Part shown: piece after piece, positions 32,654 through 42,528 of the stretch | Layout of the letters: every line of letters begins with the position of its first letter | Numbering within the stretch: the stretch's first letter is position 1 | Source: an uncultured Alphaproteobacteria bacterium | GTDB lineage: Bacteria > Pseudomonadota > Alphaproteobacteria > ATCC43930 > CGMCC-115725 | DNA length: 64,000 nt | Assembly: GCA_963703665.1 (NCBI GenBank) | Contig: CAVPFB010000003.1 | Span: 740,588-804,587, forward strand | Direction: 5' to 3' | Made by a program: the position numbers and the translations under genes | Notes under the pieces: generated by a model | The model's database searches: none | What the model was told of the DNA's origin: nothing | What the model saw: the letters and a program-made list of their open reading frames with translations, nothing else

Positions 32654-33019
32654 CAGCGTAACTTTTTGTAAACTCGCGTAACGCTGCGTGAATACATTCG
32701 TCAGATCACCTTAATCCGTTGGGAGACCATGGAAAATGCCGCCCGGACCATCGTGGGCCATTACTTATTTGACGTTCTTTTGCCACAGGCGACCGCGAAT
32801 TGTCAGCGGAACGAAAGGAGCGTTGGCGAATAGACGCTTCACCGGACAGGATCTTGGCCCGGCAAGGCGGATCGAGCATAACCCGAGCGGGCGGCGGCCA
32901 ATGCCGATCCGGTAAACGGAGCGGGTTGCATTTGCCAAACGGGCGCCGAGATTCCCTCCGAGCCAAACCGCTTCCAGCCTGCTACGCTTGAGGCTGACAA
33001 TTCGTGCCGGGAGGCAGAG

Positions 33020-33973
33020 ATGCAGTATGGGTTCGGCGCGCCGGTCAGCGGTTCCCTTGCCAGGCCGGAGAACCTTGCGCGCATCGCCGTCGAGGGTGAG
33101 GCGGCCGGTTACGACTACGCCACGATCAGCGACCACGTCGTGATCCCGCGCGACATCGAGGCCCGCTATCCCTACAGCGATACCGGCGAATTTCCCGGGC
33201 GCTCGCGCGGCGACCGGCACGAGCAATTGACCGCGGTCGCCTTTATCGCCGGCAAGACCTCGCGGCTGCGGCTGGTGACCTCGGTCACCGTCGTCCCGCA
33301 CCGGCCGGCGGTGCTGCAGGCCAAGATGCTGGCCACCATCGACGTATTGTCGAACGGCCGGCTGACCTTCGGCATCGGCGCCGGCTGGATGAAAGAGGAG
33401 TTTGCGGCATTGGGCGCCCCGCCCTTCGCCGAGCGCGGCGCGGTTACCGACGAATACGTAACGGCCTGCCGCGAGCTGTGGACCAAGGACGATCCGCGTT
33501 TCGAAGGCAAGTATGTCAAATTTTCCGACGTGCTGTTCGAGCCCAAGCCGGTGCAAAAGCCGCACCCGCCGATCTGGGTCGGCGGCGAGAGCGGCCCGGC
33601 GCTGCGCCGCACCGCGCGGCTCGGCGACGGCTGGTATCCGATCGGCACCAACCCCCAGCACCGGCTCGATTCGATGAAGCGCTTCGCGACCGGGGTCGAG
33701 CGCCTGCGCCGGCTGACCCGCGAGGCCGGGCGCGACCCGTCGCAGGTGGCGCTCGCCTATCGCATCACCAGCTGGGGGAAATCCCTGCCCGCCCGAGCCG
33801 ATGACGGCGAGCGGCGGCTGTTCTCCGGCGACACCGCCGACATTGTCGCCGATCTGCGGGCATTCCGCGACTTTGGCGTCGGCCACGTCGATTTCAACTT
33901 CGAGGGCGCCACTGCCGATGAAATGATCGCCAACATGCGCCGCTTCCGCGAGGATGTGCTGGCGAAGGTGTGA
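33020..33973 (+). CDS. LLM-class (luciferase-like) F420-dependent oxidoreductase
   Basis: 317 aa. ..[11 protein letters not shown].., ..[14 protein letters not shown].., ..[10 protein letters not shown]... Pattern of the probable F420-dependent oxidoreductase (Rv2161c-type) family. GGGAGG RBS. Confidence 0.75.
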   Translation: MQYGFGAPVSGSLARPENLARIAVEGEAAGYDYATISDHVVIPRDIEARYPYSDTGEFPGRSRGDRHEQLTAVAFIAGKTSRLRLVTSVTVVPHRPAVLQAKMLATIDVLSNGRLTFGIGAGWMKEEFAALGAPPFAERGAVTDEYVTACRELWTKDDPRFEGKYVKFSDVLFEPKPVQKPHPPIWVGGESGPALRRTARLGDGWYPIGTNPQHRLDSMKRFATGVERLRRLTREAGRDPSQVALAYRITSWGKSLPARADDGERRLFSGDTADIVADLRAFRDFGVGHVDFNFEGATADEMIANMRRFREDVLAKV

Positions 33974-34002
33974 TTATTATACCGCAAAGATACAGCGGGG
34001 AG

Positions 34003-34096
34003 CTGTCATTGCGAGCGCAGCGAAGCAATCTCGGGGTTGGTCGGGCACGCCGGATCGAGATTGCCGCGTCGGCCTCCGGCCTCCTCGCAATGACAG
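34003..34096. repeat. REP-A element, copy 2 (GTCATTGCGAGCGCAGCGAAGCAATC ... GATTGCCGCG..CTCGCAATGAC)
   Basis: Inverted arms about 27 nt apart, between the LLM oxidoreductase gene and fgd. Confidence 0.85.
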
Positions 34097-34137
34097 CCCT
34101 TCGCGGATTCATCGTCAATTTGATAAAGGAGCTGCAG

Positions 34138-35140
34138 TTGCTGAAGCTCGGATACAAGGCGTCGGCCGAACAGTTCGGGCCGCGCGAATTGCTCGACTTC
34201 TCGTGCCTGGCCGAGGAGGTCGGGTTCGACTCGGTCTTCGTCAGCGACCACTTCCAGCCGTGGAAGCACACCGACGGCCACGCGCCGTCGGCGCTCGCCT
34301 GGCTCGGCGCGCTCGGCGCCCGCACCCGGCGGGTGGTGATCGGCACCAGCGTCTTGACCCCGACCTTCCGCTATCACCCCTCGGTCGTCGCCCAGGTCTT
34401 CGGCACGCTCGGAATCGATGTTCCCGGGCCGCGTCGTGCTCGGCGTCGGCACCGGCGAGTTGCTGAACGAGGTGCCGGCGATCGGCGTCAAATGGCCGGG
34501 CGCCAAGGAGCGGCGCGATCGGCTGCGCGAGGCGATCGCATTGATCAACAAATTGTGGACCGAGGACCGGGTCACCTTCGAGGGCCAGTTCTATCGCACC
34601 GAAAATGCGACGATCTACGACAAGCCCAAGGAGAAGGTGCCGATCTGGGTCGCCGCGTCCGGCCCGCTCGCGGCGGCGATGGCGGGCCAGGTCGCCGAGG
34701 GGTTCATCTGCACCAGCGGCAAGAACCCGCAACTCTATACCGAGCTGACCGGCAAGGTCGGCGAGGGCCTCGCCAGGGCCCGGCGCGAGCATGCGAGCCT
34801 CGAAAAGATGATCGAGGTCAAGGTATCGTTCGACACCGATGCGGCCCGCGCCAAGGACGACACCCGGCATTGGGCGGCGCTGGCCCTGACCCCCGAGGAG
34901 AAGGTCGGGGTCGAGGACCCGGTCGAGATGGAGCGGCTCGCCGCCGCGCTGCCGCTCGACCGCGCCGCCGGCCGCTGGATCGTCTCCGCCGACCCGCAGG
35001 AGCAGGTCGAGAAGATCCGCCCCTATGTCGAGCTCGGCTTCACCCATCTCGTCTTTCACGCCCCCGGCCCCGACCAGGCGCGGTTTTTAAAGCTCTACGC
35101 CGAGCAGGTGGTGCCCTTGCTGCGAGCCAAGCTCGGGTGA
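34138..35140 (+). pseudogene. fgd: F420-dependent glucose-6-phosphate dehydrogenase, one apparent +1 frameshift
   Basis: TTG 34138 after [38 protein letters not shown] | [14 protein letters not shown]... One extra nt at about 34417 joins ORF 33970.. to ORF 34418..35140. Confidence 0.8.
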
Positions 35141-35909
35141 TGAACCGCGAAGTCACGATCAAAGCGCTGGCCGGCATCAAGCTGGTCGAGCCGGGCGATG
35201 ATCTCGGCGCGATCACCATCGAGGCGTTTGCCGCAAACCGCCTGACGCCGCAGCAGGGCGACGTTTTGGTGGTGGCGCAGAAGATCATCTCGAAGGCCGA
35301 GGGCCGGTATGTCAATGTAAAGACCGTCGAGCCCTCGGAACGGGCGGTGGCACTCGCCGCCGAAACCGACAAGGACCCGCGCTTTGTCGAGGTGGTGCTC
35401 GGCGAGTTCGAAACGCGTGGTGCGCCATCGCCCCGGCCTGCTGATCGTCGAGCACCGGCTCGGTTTTGTCATGGCCAATGCCGGCATCGACCATTCGAAC
35501 ATCCCGACAGGCGAGGGGGCGGAGCGCGTGCTGCTGCTGCCGCAAGACCCGGACGGCTCGGCGCGCGCCTTGCGAGAGCGCATCATCGCCGCGTTCAGGC
35601 GTCGGAATCGGGGTCGTCATCAGCGACAGTTTTGGCCGGGCCTGGCGGAAGGGCACAGTCGGCATCGCGCTCGGCGCCGCCGGGCTGCCAGCCGTGATCG
35701 ACATGCGCGGTCAGCCCGACCTCTTCGGGCGCGAATTGCTGGTGACCGAGACCGGCTTTGCCGACGAGGTCGCCGCCGCTGCCGGGCTGCTGATGGGCCA
35801 GGCCGACGAAGGCTTGCCGATGGTGCTGATGCGCGGGCTCGGTTGGTCCGCTCCCGATGCGCCGGCCGCCGCCCTGGTCCGCCCGGCCGAGCACGATCTG
35901 TTCCGATGA
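35140..35909 (+). pseudogene. cofE: F420-0:gamma-glutamyl ligase (single-domain CofE type), two apparent +1 frameshifts
   Basis: ATG overlaps the fgd stop (TGATG). Three frames in succession give ..[12 protein letters not shown].. / ..[28 protein letters not shown].. / ..[15 protein letters not shown]... Extra T at about 35407-35408 (GAGTTCG; expected LGESKRVVRH) and an extra A at about 35597. Confidence 0.8.
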
Positions 35910-36849
35910 CTGCTGACCCTGGCCGGGTCCTGGCGCTGTCGGGCGGCATCGGCGGCGCCAAGCTGGCGCTCGGCCTCTACCGCGTCCTGCCGCCGGGGGC
36001 GCTGACGGTCGTGGCCAATACCGGCGACGATTTCGAGCATCTGGGGCTCGCGATCTCGCCCGACCTGGACACCCTCCTCTACACGCTCGCCGGCCTCGAC
36101 AATCCCGCAACCGGCTGGGGCCGGAAGGACGAGACCTGGACCTTTATGGCCGCGCTCGAGCAGCTCGGCGGGGACACCTGGTTCAAGCTCGGCGACGGCG
36201 ACCTCGCCACCCATGTCGAGCGCACCCGCCGCCTTGCCGCGGGCGAAACCTGGCGCAGATCGCCGACGATTTCCGCCGCCGGCTCGGGATCTCGGCGCGG
36301 CTGCTGCCGATGAGCGACGACCGGGTGCGCACCCGGCTGTTGACCGCCGCGGGCTGGCTCGACTTCCAGGATTATTTCGTGCGCCGGCAATGCGCGCCCG
36401 TGGTCCGCGAGATCGCCTATACCGGTGCCTCCGCGGCCCGCCCGCACCCGGATTTCGTGGCGGCGCTCGCCGACCCGGCGTTGGGCCTGGTCGTGATCTG
36501 CCCGTCGAACCCGTGGATCAGCATCGATCCAATCCTCAGCCTGCCGGGAGTGCGCGAGGCCTTGCGCGCATGTCCCGCACCGGTTGTCGCGGTCTCGCCG
36601 ATCATCGGCGGCAAGGCCGTCAAGGGGCCGACCGCCAAGATCATGGCCGAGCTCGGGTTGCCGGTCGAGGCCGCTGCAGTGGCGCAGCATTATGGCGATC
36701 TCCTCGATCATTACGTGATCGACGAGGCGGATTTCGCAGTAACGGCAGATCTCGATCTGCCGCTGACCGCGACCCGCACCCTGATGGAAACGCTCGTCGA
36801 TCGCGAGGCGCTGGCGCGCACGGTGCTCGGCGTCGCCCGGGGCTTCTAG
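35906..36849 (+). pseudogene. cofD: 2-phospho-L-lactate transferase, one apparent -1 frameshift
   Basis: ATGA overlap with the cofE stop. ..[13 protein letters not shown].., ..[12 protein letters not shown].., then ..AAGET | [14 protein letters not shown].. A C is missing at 36250/36251 (ACC-CTG). Confidence 0.8.
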
Positions 36850-36850
36850 C

Positions 36851-37537
36851 GTGGATCTGTGGGCGGTGGTGCCGGTCAAGGAGCGGGATCGGGCCAAGGA
36901 GCGGCTCGCCCGGCGGCTGCCGCCGGAGCTGCGCCAGGCGCTGGCCCTGGCGATGCTCGAAGACGTGCTGGCGGCGCTCGCCGTTGCCCAGCACCTCGCC
37001 GGGCTTCTGCTCGTCACCATCGACCCGGCGGCCGGTCTGCTGGCTCGGCGCTACGGTGCGCGCGTTGTCGAAGACGGCGCCCGAGACGGCCACACCGGCG
37101 CCATCGCCGCGGCGGCCCGGCTGCTGGCGGCGGAAGGGCGCGCCGGCATGCTGACCCTGCCCGGCGACATCCCGCTCGTAACCGCGCACGAAATCAGCCA
37201 AATGATCGCGGCGCATCGTCCGGCGCCCTCGTTCACGATCGTGCCGTCGCATGACGAGGGCGGCTCGAACGCGATCCTGGTGTCGCCGTCCGATGCGGTG
37301 CCGCTGCGCTTTGGCGCCGACAGCTTTTACCCTCATCTGCGTGCCGCCGAGGCCCACGGCATCCGCGCTACCGTGCTGCGCCTGCCGGGGATCGCGCTCG
37401 ACATTGACAATCCCGAGGATCTCGCCGCCTTTGCGCGCCAGCCATCGCCGACCCGCACGCGCGCGTTTCTCGCCGAAAATGCTATGCTGCCGCCGGTACC
37501 GCGCCCCGGCGAGCCTCCTGGAGAATGTTGGGAATGA
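36851..37537 (+). CDS. cofC: 2-phospho-L-lactate (or related) guanylyltransferase
   Basis: GTG 1 nt after the cofD stop. MDLWAVVPVKERDRAKERL.., ..LPGDIPLV.., ..HDEGGSNAIL... Confidence 0.8.
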   Translation: MDLWAVVPVKERDRAKERLARRLPPELRQALALAMLEDVLAALAVAQHLAGLLLVTIDPAAGLLARRYGARVVEDGARDGHTGAIAAAARLLAAEGRAGMLTLPGDIPLVTAHEISQMIAAHRPAPSFTIVPSHDEGGSNAILVSPSDAVPLRFGADSFYPHLRAAEAHGIRATVLRLPGIALDIDNPEDLAAFARQPSPTRTRAFLAENAMLPPVPRPGEPPGECWE

Positions 37538-40059
37538 CCATCGACGAGGTTCTGAAAAAGGCCTGCACCGGGCGGCGCTTGTCCGCCGACGCGGCCCTGG
37601 CGCTCGCCCAATCGGATGCCGCCGCCGATCCGCGGCCGTTGATGAAGCTGGCGGCGGCGGTGCGCGACGAAGGCCATGGCGGGCTCGTTTCCTATTCTCC
37701 CAAAGTCTTCATTCCGCTGACCCAGCTGTGCCGGGACGTGTGCCACTACTGCACCTTTGCCCATCCGCCGCGTCCGGGGGAGCCGGCTTATCTCGGCGCC
37801 GACGAGGTGCTGGCGATCGCCCGCGCCGGGGCCGAGGCCGGCGTTCACGAGGCGCTTTTCACCTTGGGCGACAAGCCCGAATTGCGCTATGCCGCGGCGC
37901 GCGAGAGATTGGCCCGGCTCGGCCACGCGACCACACTCTCCTACCTGGCCGAGATGGCCGGGCTGGTATTGCGCGAGACCGGGCTGTTGCCGCATCTGAA
38001 CCCCGGCATCATGACCGGCGCCGATCTCGACCTGCTGCGGCGGGTTTCGGCGTCGCAGGGGATCATGCTCGAAAGCACCTCCGAGCGGCTGCGCCGGCGC
38101 GGCGGGCCGCATTTCGGCTCGCCCGACAAGGACCCGACGCTGCGGCTCGAAACCATCCGCGCGGCCGGCGAGGCGGCGGTGCCGTTCACCACCGGCATCC
38201 TGATCGGCATCGGCGAGACCCGCCGCGAGCGGATCGAGTCGCTGCTGGCCGTCCGCGACCTCAATGACCGCTACGGCCACATCCAGGAAATCATCATCCA
38301 GAATTTCCGGGCCAAGCCCGGGACGCGGATGGCTGAGGCGCCCGAGCCCGATCTCGCCGACCATCTGTGGACGATCGCCGCCGCCCGGCTGATCTTCGGC
38401 CCCGCAATGAACCTCCAGGCGCCCCCCAACCTGAACCCAGGCGGGCTGGCCGAGATGATCGACGCCGGGATCAACGATTGGGGCGGGGTTTCGCCGGTCA
38501 CCCGCGACCACGTCAACCCCGAGGCGCCGTGGCCGGCCCTCGATCATCTCGCCCGAGAGACCGCGGCGGCCGGCAAGGTGCTGGTGCCGCGCCTGGCGAT
38601 CTATCCCGAATACTCGCGCGACCCCGAGCGCTGGCTCGATCCGGCATTGCGCACGCCGGTCTTGCGGGCGATGGATGCCGAAGGGTTTGCCCGCCCCGAT
38701 GCGTGGATCGCAGGTTCCGGCAGCGAGCCGCCAAGAGAGCCGACCCCTCACCCCAGCCCTCTCCCCGCAAGCGGGGCGAGGGAGAAGACGGCGGGAAGCC
38801 CCTCGCCCCGCTTCAGCGGGGAGAGGGAGGGACCCGCGCCGCGGGAGGGTGAGGGGCAGATCGCGCCGATCCTCGACCGCGCCTCGGCCGGCGAGACCCT
38901 CGCCGAAGCCGAGATCGTGCGGCTGTTCCAGGCGCGCGGCGACGCCTTCACGCAAGTGTGCCGGGCGGCCGACCGGCTGCGCCGGCGGGTCAACGGCGAC
39001 ACCGTCAGTTATGTCGTGACCCGCAACATCAACTACACCAACGTGTGCTATTTCCGCTGCCAGTTCTGCGCCTTCTCCAAGGGCAAGCTCAGCGAGAACC
39101 TGCGCGGCCGGCCCTACGACCTCGATCTGCCCGAAATCCAACGGCGGGTCGAGGAAGCCTGGGAGCGCGGCGCCACCGAGGTCTGCCTGCAGGGCGGCAT
39201 CCACCCCGAATACACCGGAGCCACCTATCTTTCGGTCTGCCGCGCGATCAAGGCGGTGGTGCCCGAGATCCACATCCACGCGTTCTCGCCGCTCGAGATC
39301 TGGCAGGGGGCGAAGACCCTCGGCCGCACCCTCCCCGACTTTTTACGCGAGCTGAAGGAGGCCGGGCTCAGCTCGCTGCCGGGCACCGCGGCCGAGATCC
39401 TCGACGACGAGGTTCGCGCGGTGATCTGCCCGGACAAGATCAAGACCGCAGAGTGGCTCCAGGTCATGGAAGCCGCGCACGGCGTCGGCCTGCGCGCCAC
39501 AACCACGATCATGTACGGCCATGTCGACCATTACGAGCATTGGGCGCGGCACCTGTTGCGCATCCGCGCCTTGCAGGCCCGGACCGGCGGCTTCACCGAG
39601 TTCGTGCCGCTGCCGTTCGTGCCGATGGAGACGCCGATCTATCTGAAGGGCTGCGCCCGCCGCGGCGCCACCTGGCGCGAGGCGGTATTGATGCACGCAG
39701 TCGCCCGGCTGGCATTGCACCCGGTCATCACCAACATCCAGACCTCCTGGGTCAAGATGGGCAGCGGCGGCGCCGCGTATTGTCTCACTGCCGGGGCCAA
39801 CGATCTCGGCGGCACCCTGATGAACGAAAGCATCACCCGCGCCGCCGGCGCCGTCCACGGCCAGGAGATGCCGCCCGCAGCGATGGAGGATCTTATCCGC
39901 GGCTTGGGCCGCACCCCGCGCCAGCGCACGACGCTCTACGCCGACGCGCCGCCCGCGCGCAAAGCCGCCTCGTTCGGCGCAGCACCGTTGACCGAACCCG
40001 TCAACACCCCGGCCCGCCGCTACGAACGCCATCGGGAGCACGCGGCCGCCGACGACTGA
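37534..40059 (+). CDS. fbiC: bifunctional FO (7,8-didemethyl-8-hydroxy-5-deazariboflavin) synthase, CofG+CofH fusion
   Basis: Two radical-SAM motifs (CRDVCHYCTF and CYFRCQFCAF). ATGA overlap with the cofC stop; an alternative ATG at 37525 is in frame. Confidence 0.9.
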   Translation: MTIDEVLKKACTGRRLSADAALALAQSDAAADPRPLMKLAAAVRDEGHGGLVSYSPKVFIPLTQLCRDVCHYCTFAHPPRPGEPAYLGADEVLAIARAGAEAGVHEALFTLGDKPELRYAAARERLARLGHATTLSYLAEMAGLVLRETGLLPHLNPGIMTGADLDLLRRVSASQGIMLESTSERLRRRGGPHFGSPDKDPTLRLETIRAAGEAAVPFTTGILIGIGETRRERIESLLAVRDLNDRYGHIQEIIIQNFRAKPGTRMAEAPEPDLADHLWTIAAARLIFGPAMNLQAPPNLNPGGLAEMIDAGINDWGGVSPVTRDHVNPEAPWPALDHLARETAAAGKVLVPRLAIYPEYSRDPERWLDPALRTPVLRAMDAEGFARPDAWIAGSGSEPPREPTPHPSPLPASGAREKTAGSPSPRFSGEREGPAPREGEGQIAPILDRASAGETLAEAEIVRLFQARGDAFTQVCRAADRLRRRVNGDTVSYVVTRNINYTNVCYFRCQFCAFSKGKLSENLRGRPYDLDLPEIQRRVEEAWERGATEVCLQGGIHPEYTGATYLSVCRAIKAVVPEIHIHAFSPLEIWQGAKTLGRTLPDFLRELKEAGLSSLPGTAAEILDDEVRAVICPDKIKTAEWLQVMEAAHGVGLRATTTIMYGHVDHYEHWARHLLRIRALQARTGGFTEFVPLPFVPMETPIYLKGCARRGATWREAVLMHAVARLALHPVITNIQTSWVKMGSGGAAYCLTAGANDLGGTLMNESITRAAGAVHGQEMPPAAMEDLIRGLGRTPRQRTTLYADAPPARKAASFGAAPLTEPVNTPARRYERHREHAAADD
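38744..38857. repeat. REP-B compound G/C-rich palindromic element inserted in frame in the fbiC interdomain linker
   Basis: CCCCTCACCCC...CCCTCTCCCCGCaaGCGGGGCGAGGGAG...CCCTCGCCCCGCttcaGCGGGGAGAGGGAGGG...GGGTGAGGGG. Translated as PHPSPLPASGAREKTAGSPSPRFSGEREGPAPREGEG. Confidence 0.8.
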
Positions 40060-40106
40060 GCCAGGTCTCGCCCGCGCAGGGCCCCTGCAGGGCCTCCTAA
40101 ATGGCG

Positions 40107-40476
40107 CTAAGATTTTGGCAACAACTCCCATAATCGGGCGAGCCGGAGGCATGAATTGGGCGGATCGCCGAGGGTACTCTGGTGGTCGATCAGGTAATAG
40201 CAGCCGACGAGCGCATCGTGCACAGCAACGGCTTGCTCGAGGGTCAGGCCGACCAGGGCGTGGCGCAGTATAGGATCGCGCTCCGCGGGTGACATTGCGA
40301 CGAAGGCCGATATCTTATACTCGGCCGAAAGCAGCCCCAATGCCGGCGGCAGTCCGAGCGCCGGGTCCGCTGGCCGGAACATTGCTTTGCGCGAAACCCT
40401 CTCGCACACCCCAGCTGGTAACAACTGAAAGACTAGCGACAATCGCGAGAACCTTTATCAAAATTCTTTTACTCAT
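40107..40476 (-). pseudogene. small hypothetical protein with signal peptide; N- and C-terminal parts in different frames
   Basis: ATG 40476 (GAGAGG RBS) gives MSKRILIKVLAIVASLSVVTSWGVREGFAQS.. and stops after 53 codons. ORF 40107..40442 carries the protein-like remainder. Alternatively these are two overlapping small ORFs. Confidence 0.35.
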
Positions 40477-40609
40477 CTGAGCCTCTCTTGAAAAATTATA
40501 TGTTCCCTAGTGTGTACGACAGCAGTTAATGTGCGATGAACTGACCCTTGATTACAAGATTTTTTTGGGTCAGACTACGTCGGGTTTCTGGTGTTCGGGG
40601 AGGCGCATC

Positions 40610-41706
40610 ATGGAGATCAATGCCGCCGTGTTTCGCAAGGTTCACGAACCGCTGACGATCGAAGAGGTCGAGATCGACAAGCCGTGGGGCCGCGAGGTGC
40701 TGGTCCGCACCGCCGCGACCGGGGTCTGCCACAGCGACCTGCACGTCGTCGACGGGATCGGGCGGTTCCCGCTCGACCGGCCGATCGTGTTGGGCCACGA
40801 GGGCGCCGGGGTCGTCGACGCGGTCGGCGCCGACGTAACCACCGTCAAACCCGGCGACCATGTCGTCGCCTGCCTCTCCGGCTTTTGCGGCGCGTGCCCG
40901 CAATGCCTGTCGGGCCATCCCAACCTGTGCACCGGCGGCCTCGTCACCCGCCCGGACGATGCCGCGCCGCGGCTGTCGCAGAACGGCCAGCCGTTGCGCC
41001 AGTTCATCGGCATTTCGAGCTATGCCGAAAAGATGCTGCTGCACGAAAATTCGATCGTCCGCATCGACCCGGAATTGCCGCTCGACCGCGCCGCGCTGGT
41101 CGGCTGCGGCGTCTTGACCGGGGTTGGTGCTGCGTTGCGCAGCTCGGGGCTCGAAGCGGGCCAGACGGTCGCGGTCTTCGGCTGCGGCGGGGTCGGCTGT
41201 CGATCATCCAAGGGGCGCGGATCGGCGGCGCGCGGCAGATCATCGCCGTCGATCAGTTCGAGGCGAAGCGCGAGATGGCGACCCGCGCCGGTGCGACCGA
41301 CTTCGTCAACGGCGCTGAGGATGACCCGGTCAAAAGGGTGCGCGCGTTGACCGGCGGGCAGGGGGTCGATCACGCCTTCGAGGCGGTGGGCGTGGCCGCG
41401 CTGGTGCGGCAGGCGATCGAGAGCCTGGCGATCCGCGGCACCGCGACGATCGTCGGGGTATTGCCGCCGGACGCGATGATCGAGTTCCCGTGGATGGCGA
41501 TCCGCCCCGAATGCAAGGTGCAGACCTCGCGCATGGGCTCGAACCGCTTCCGCACCGACATCCCGCTCTACCTCGATTTCTACCGCCAGGGCCGACTCGA
41601 CCTCGACGCCATGGTCACCAAGCGCGGCCACCTTGCCGACATCAACGAAGCCTTCCGCGCCATGAAAGCCGGCGAGGTCGCCCGCACCGTGCTGACGTTC
41701 GATTAA
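40610..41706 (+). pseudogene. zinc-dependent alcohol dehydrogenase (class III / MDR family), one apparent -1 frameshift
   Basis: ..GVCHSDLH.., GHEGAGVV, CGACPQCLSG, GCGGVG | LSIIQGARIGGA... A C is missing after about 41197 (GGC-CTG). Confidence 0.85.
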
Positions 41707-41756
41707 CGGTGAGCCCGCATGCTTCGCTGAGGTTCGACTAGAGATCTGGCTAAGCT

Positions 41757-42302
41757 ATGCAACAGCTCAAGCTTCCTAATGGGTCGTACGTCCACCCAGG
41801 AGAGGTGGATCGCTTACAGGTCGAAAGGCATTTCTGGCGAAAGAGGTATTTCGTGCAGATGTGCTTGCATGATGGACGAGCGATTTATTTGTGCACCGGA
41901 CTGTCTGAGCCAGAAGCGAGGGAGATCAGGCGTCAGTATGAACAACAGCTTGAAGCGCTCGCCGCTGATGTATCAGCATACAAAGAGGGACGCGCAACAG
42001 GGCTTACGCGGGGCGAGAAGATAGGTTACGCAAGAGGACATAGAGACGGCTATAACGAAGGTCTTGCGTGTGCCTTGAGCGAGGCCCAAGAGCAAGCGTT
42101 CAAAACAGGTATAGATGCTGTTCTTAAACAACTTAGATTACGTCAATTTGAATTTAATGATGAGATGCGATATCAGATCCATTTGGTTGAAGCGCGAAGG
42201 CAATCGCTTATCGCTATGAATGATTTGATCGAGAGCATCGTGGTGATGTTCGCTCCGCAGCCGCAAGCTACCGGTGAACAGGTAGATACGGAACTCACGT
42301 AG
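41757..42302 (+). CDS. orphan hypothetical protein (low G+C), central Gx3G-rich helical segment
   Basis: 181 aa. ..AYKEGRATGLTRGEKIGYARGHRDGYNEGLA... No family recognised. Confidence 0.55.
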   Translation: MQQLKLPNGSYVHPGEVDRLQVERHFWRKRYFVQMCLHDGRAIYLCTGLSEPEAREIRRQYEQQLEALAADVSAYKEGRATGLTRGEKIGYARGHRDGYNEGLACALSEAQEQAFKTGIDAVLKQLRLRQFEFNDEMRYQIHLVEARRQSLIAMNDLIESIVVMFAPQPQATGEQVDTELT

Positions 42303-42363
42303 GACCAACCGGCACTCCGGCTCGGAGTTGCAGGAGCGCAGCTTCAGACAAGTGCGTCTTCGG

Positions 42364-42528
42364 TTACTTCGGCTCCGCCGGTTCTTCCTCGAGACGGCGG
42401 ACGCGGTTGGCGAGGCGCTCGTGCTGGCTGTGCATCACCCGCAATTCGGTCAGGACGAGGCCCAGGTGCATGACCATTGCGGTCAGCACCCGCATGTCGT
42501 CACGCATCGAGGCCATCTCTTCGAGCAT
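42364..42528 (-). CDS. small coiled-coil hypothetical protein
   Basis: MLEEMASMRDDMRVLTAMVMHLGLVLTELRVMHSQHERLANRVRRLEEEPAEPK. The protein-like sequence extends upstream (..EEPITLGFLARQQQR) without a canonical start, so the 5' end is uncertain. Confidence 0.4.
   Translation of the reverse strand: MLEEMASMRDDMRVLTAMVMHLGLVLTELRVMHSQHERLANRVRRLEEEPAEPK

Noticed and set aside
37333-39279. 648-aa minus-strand ORF
   Set aside because: It is antisense to fbiC, which carries both radical-SAM motifs. No protein-like motifs.
40060-40100. Rho-independent terminator after fbiC (GCAGGGCCCCTGC)
   Set aside because: The palindrome has essentially no loop and no T tract. A direct repeat GCAGGGCC is also present. 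Not convincing as a terminator.
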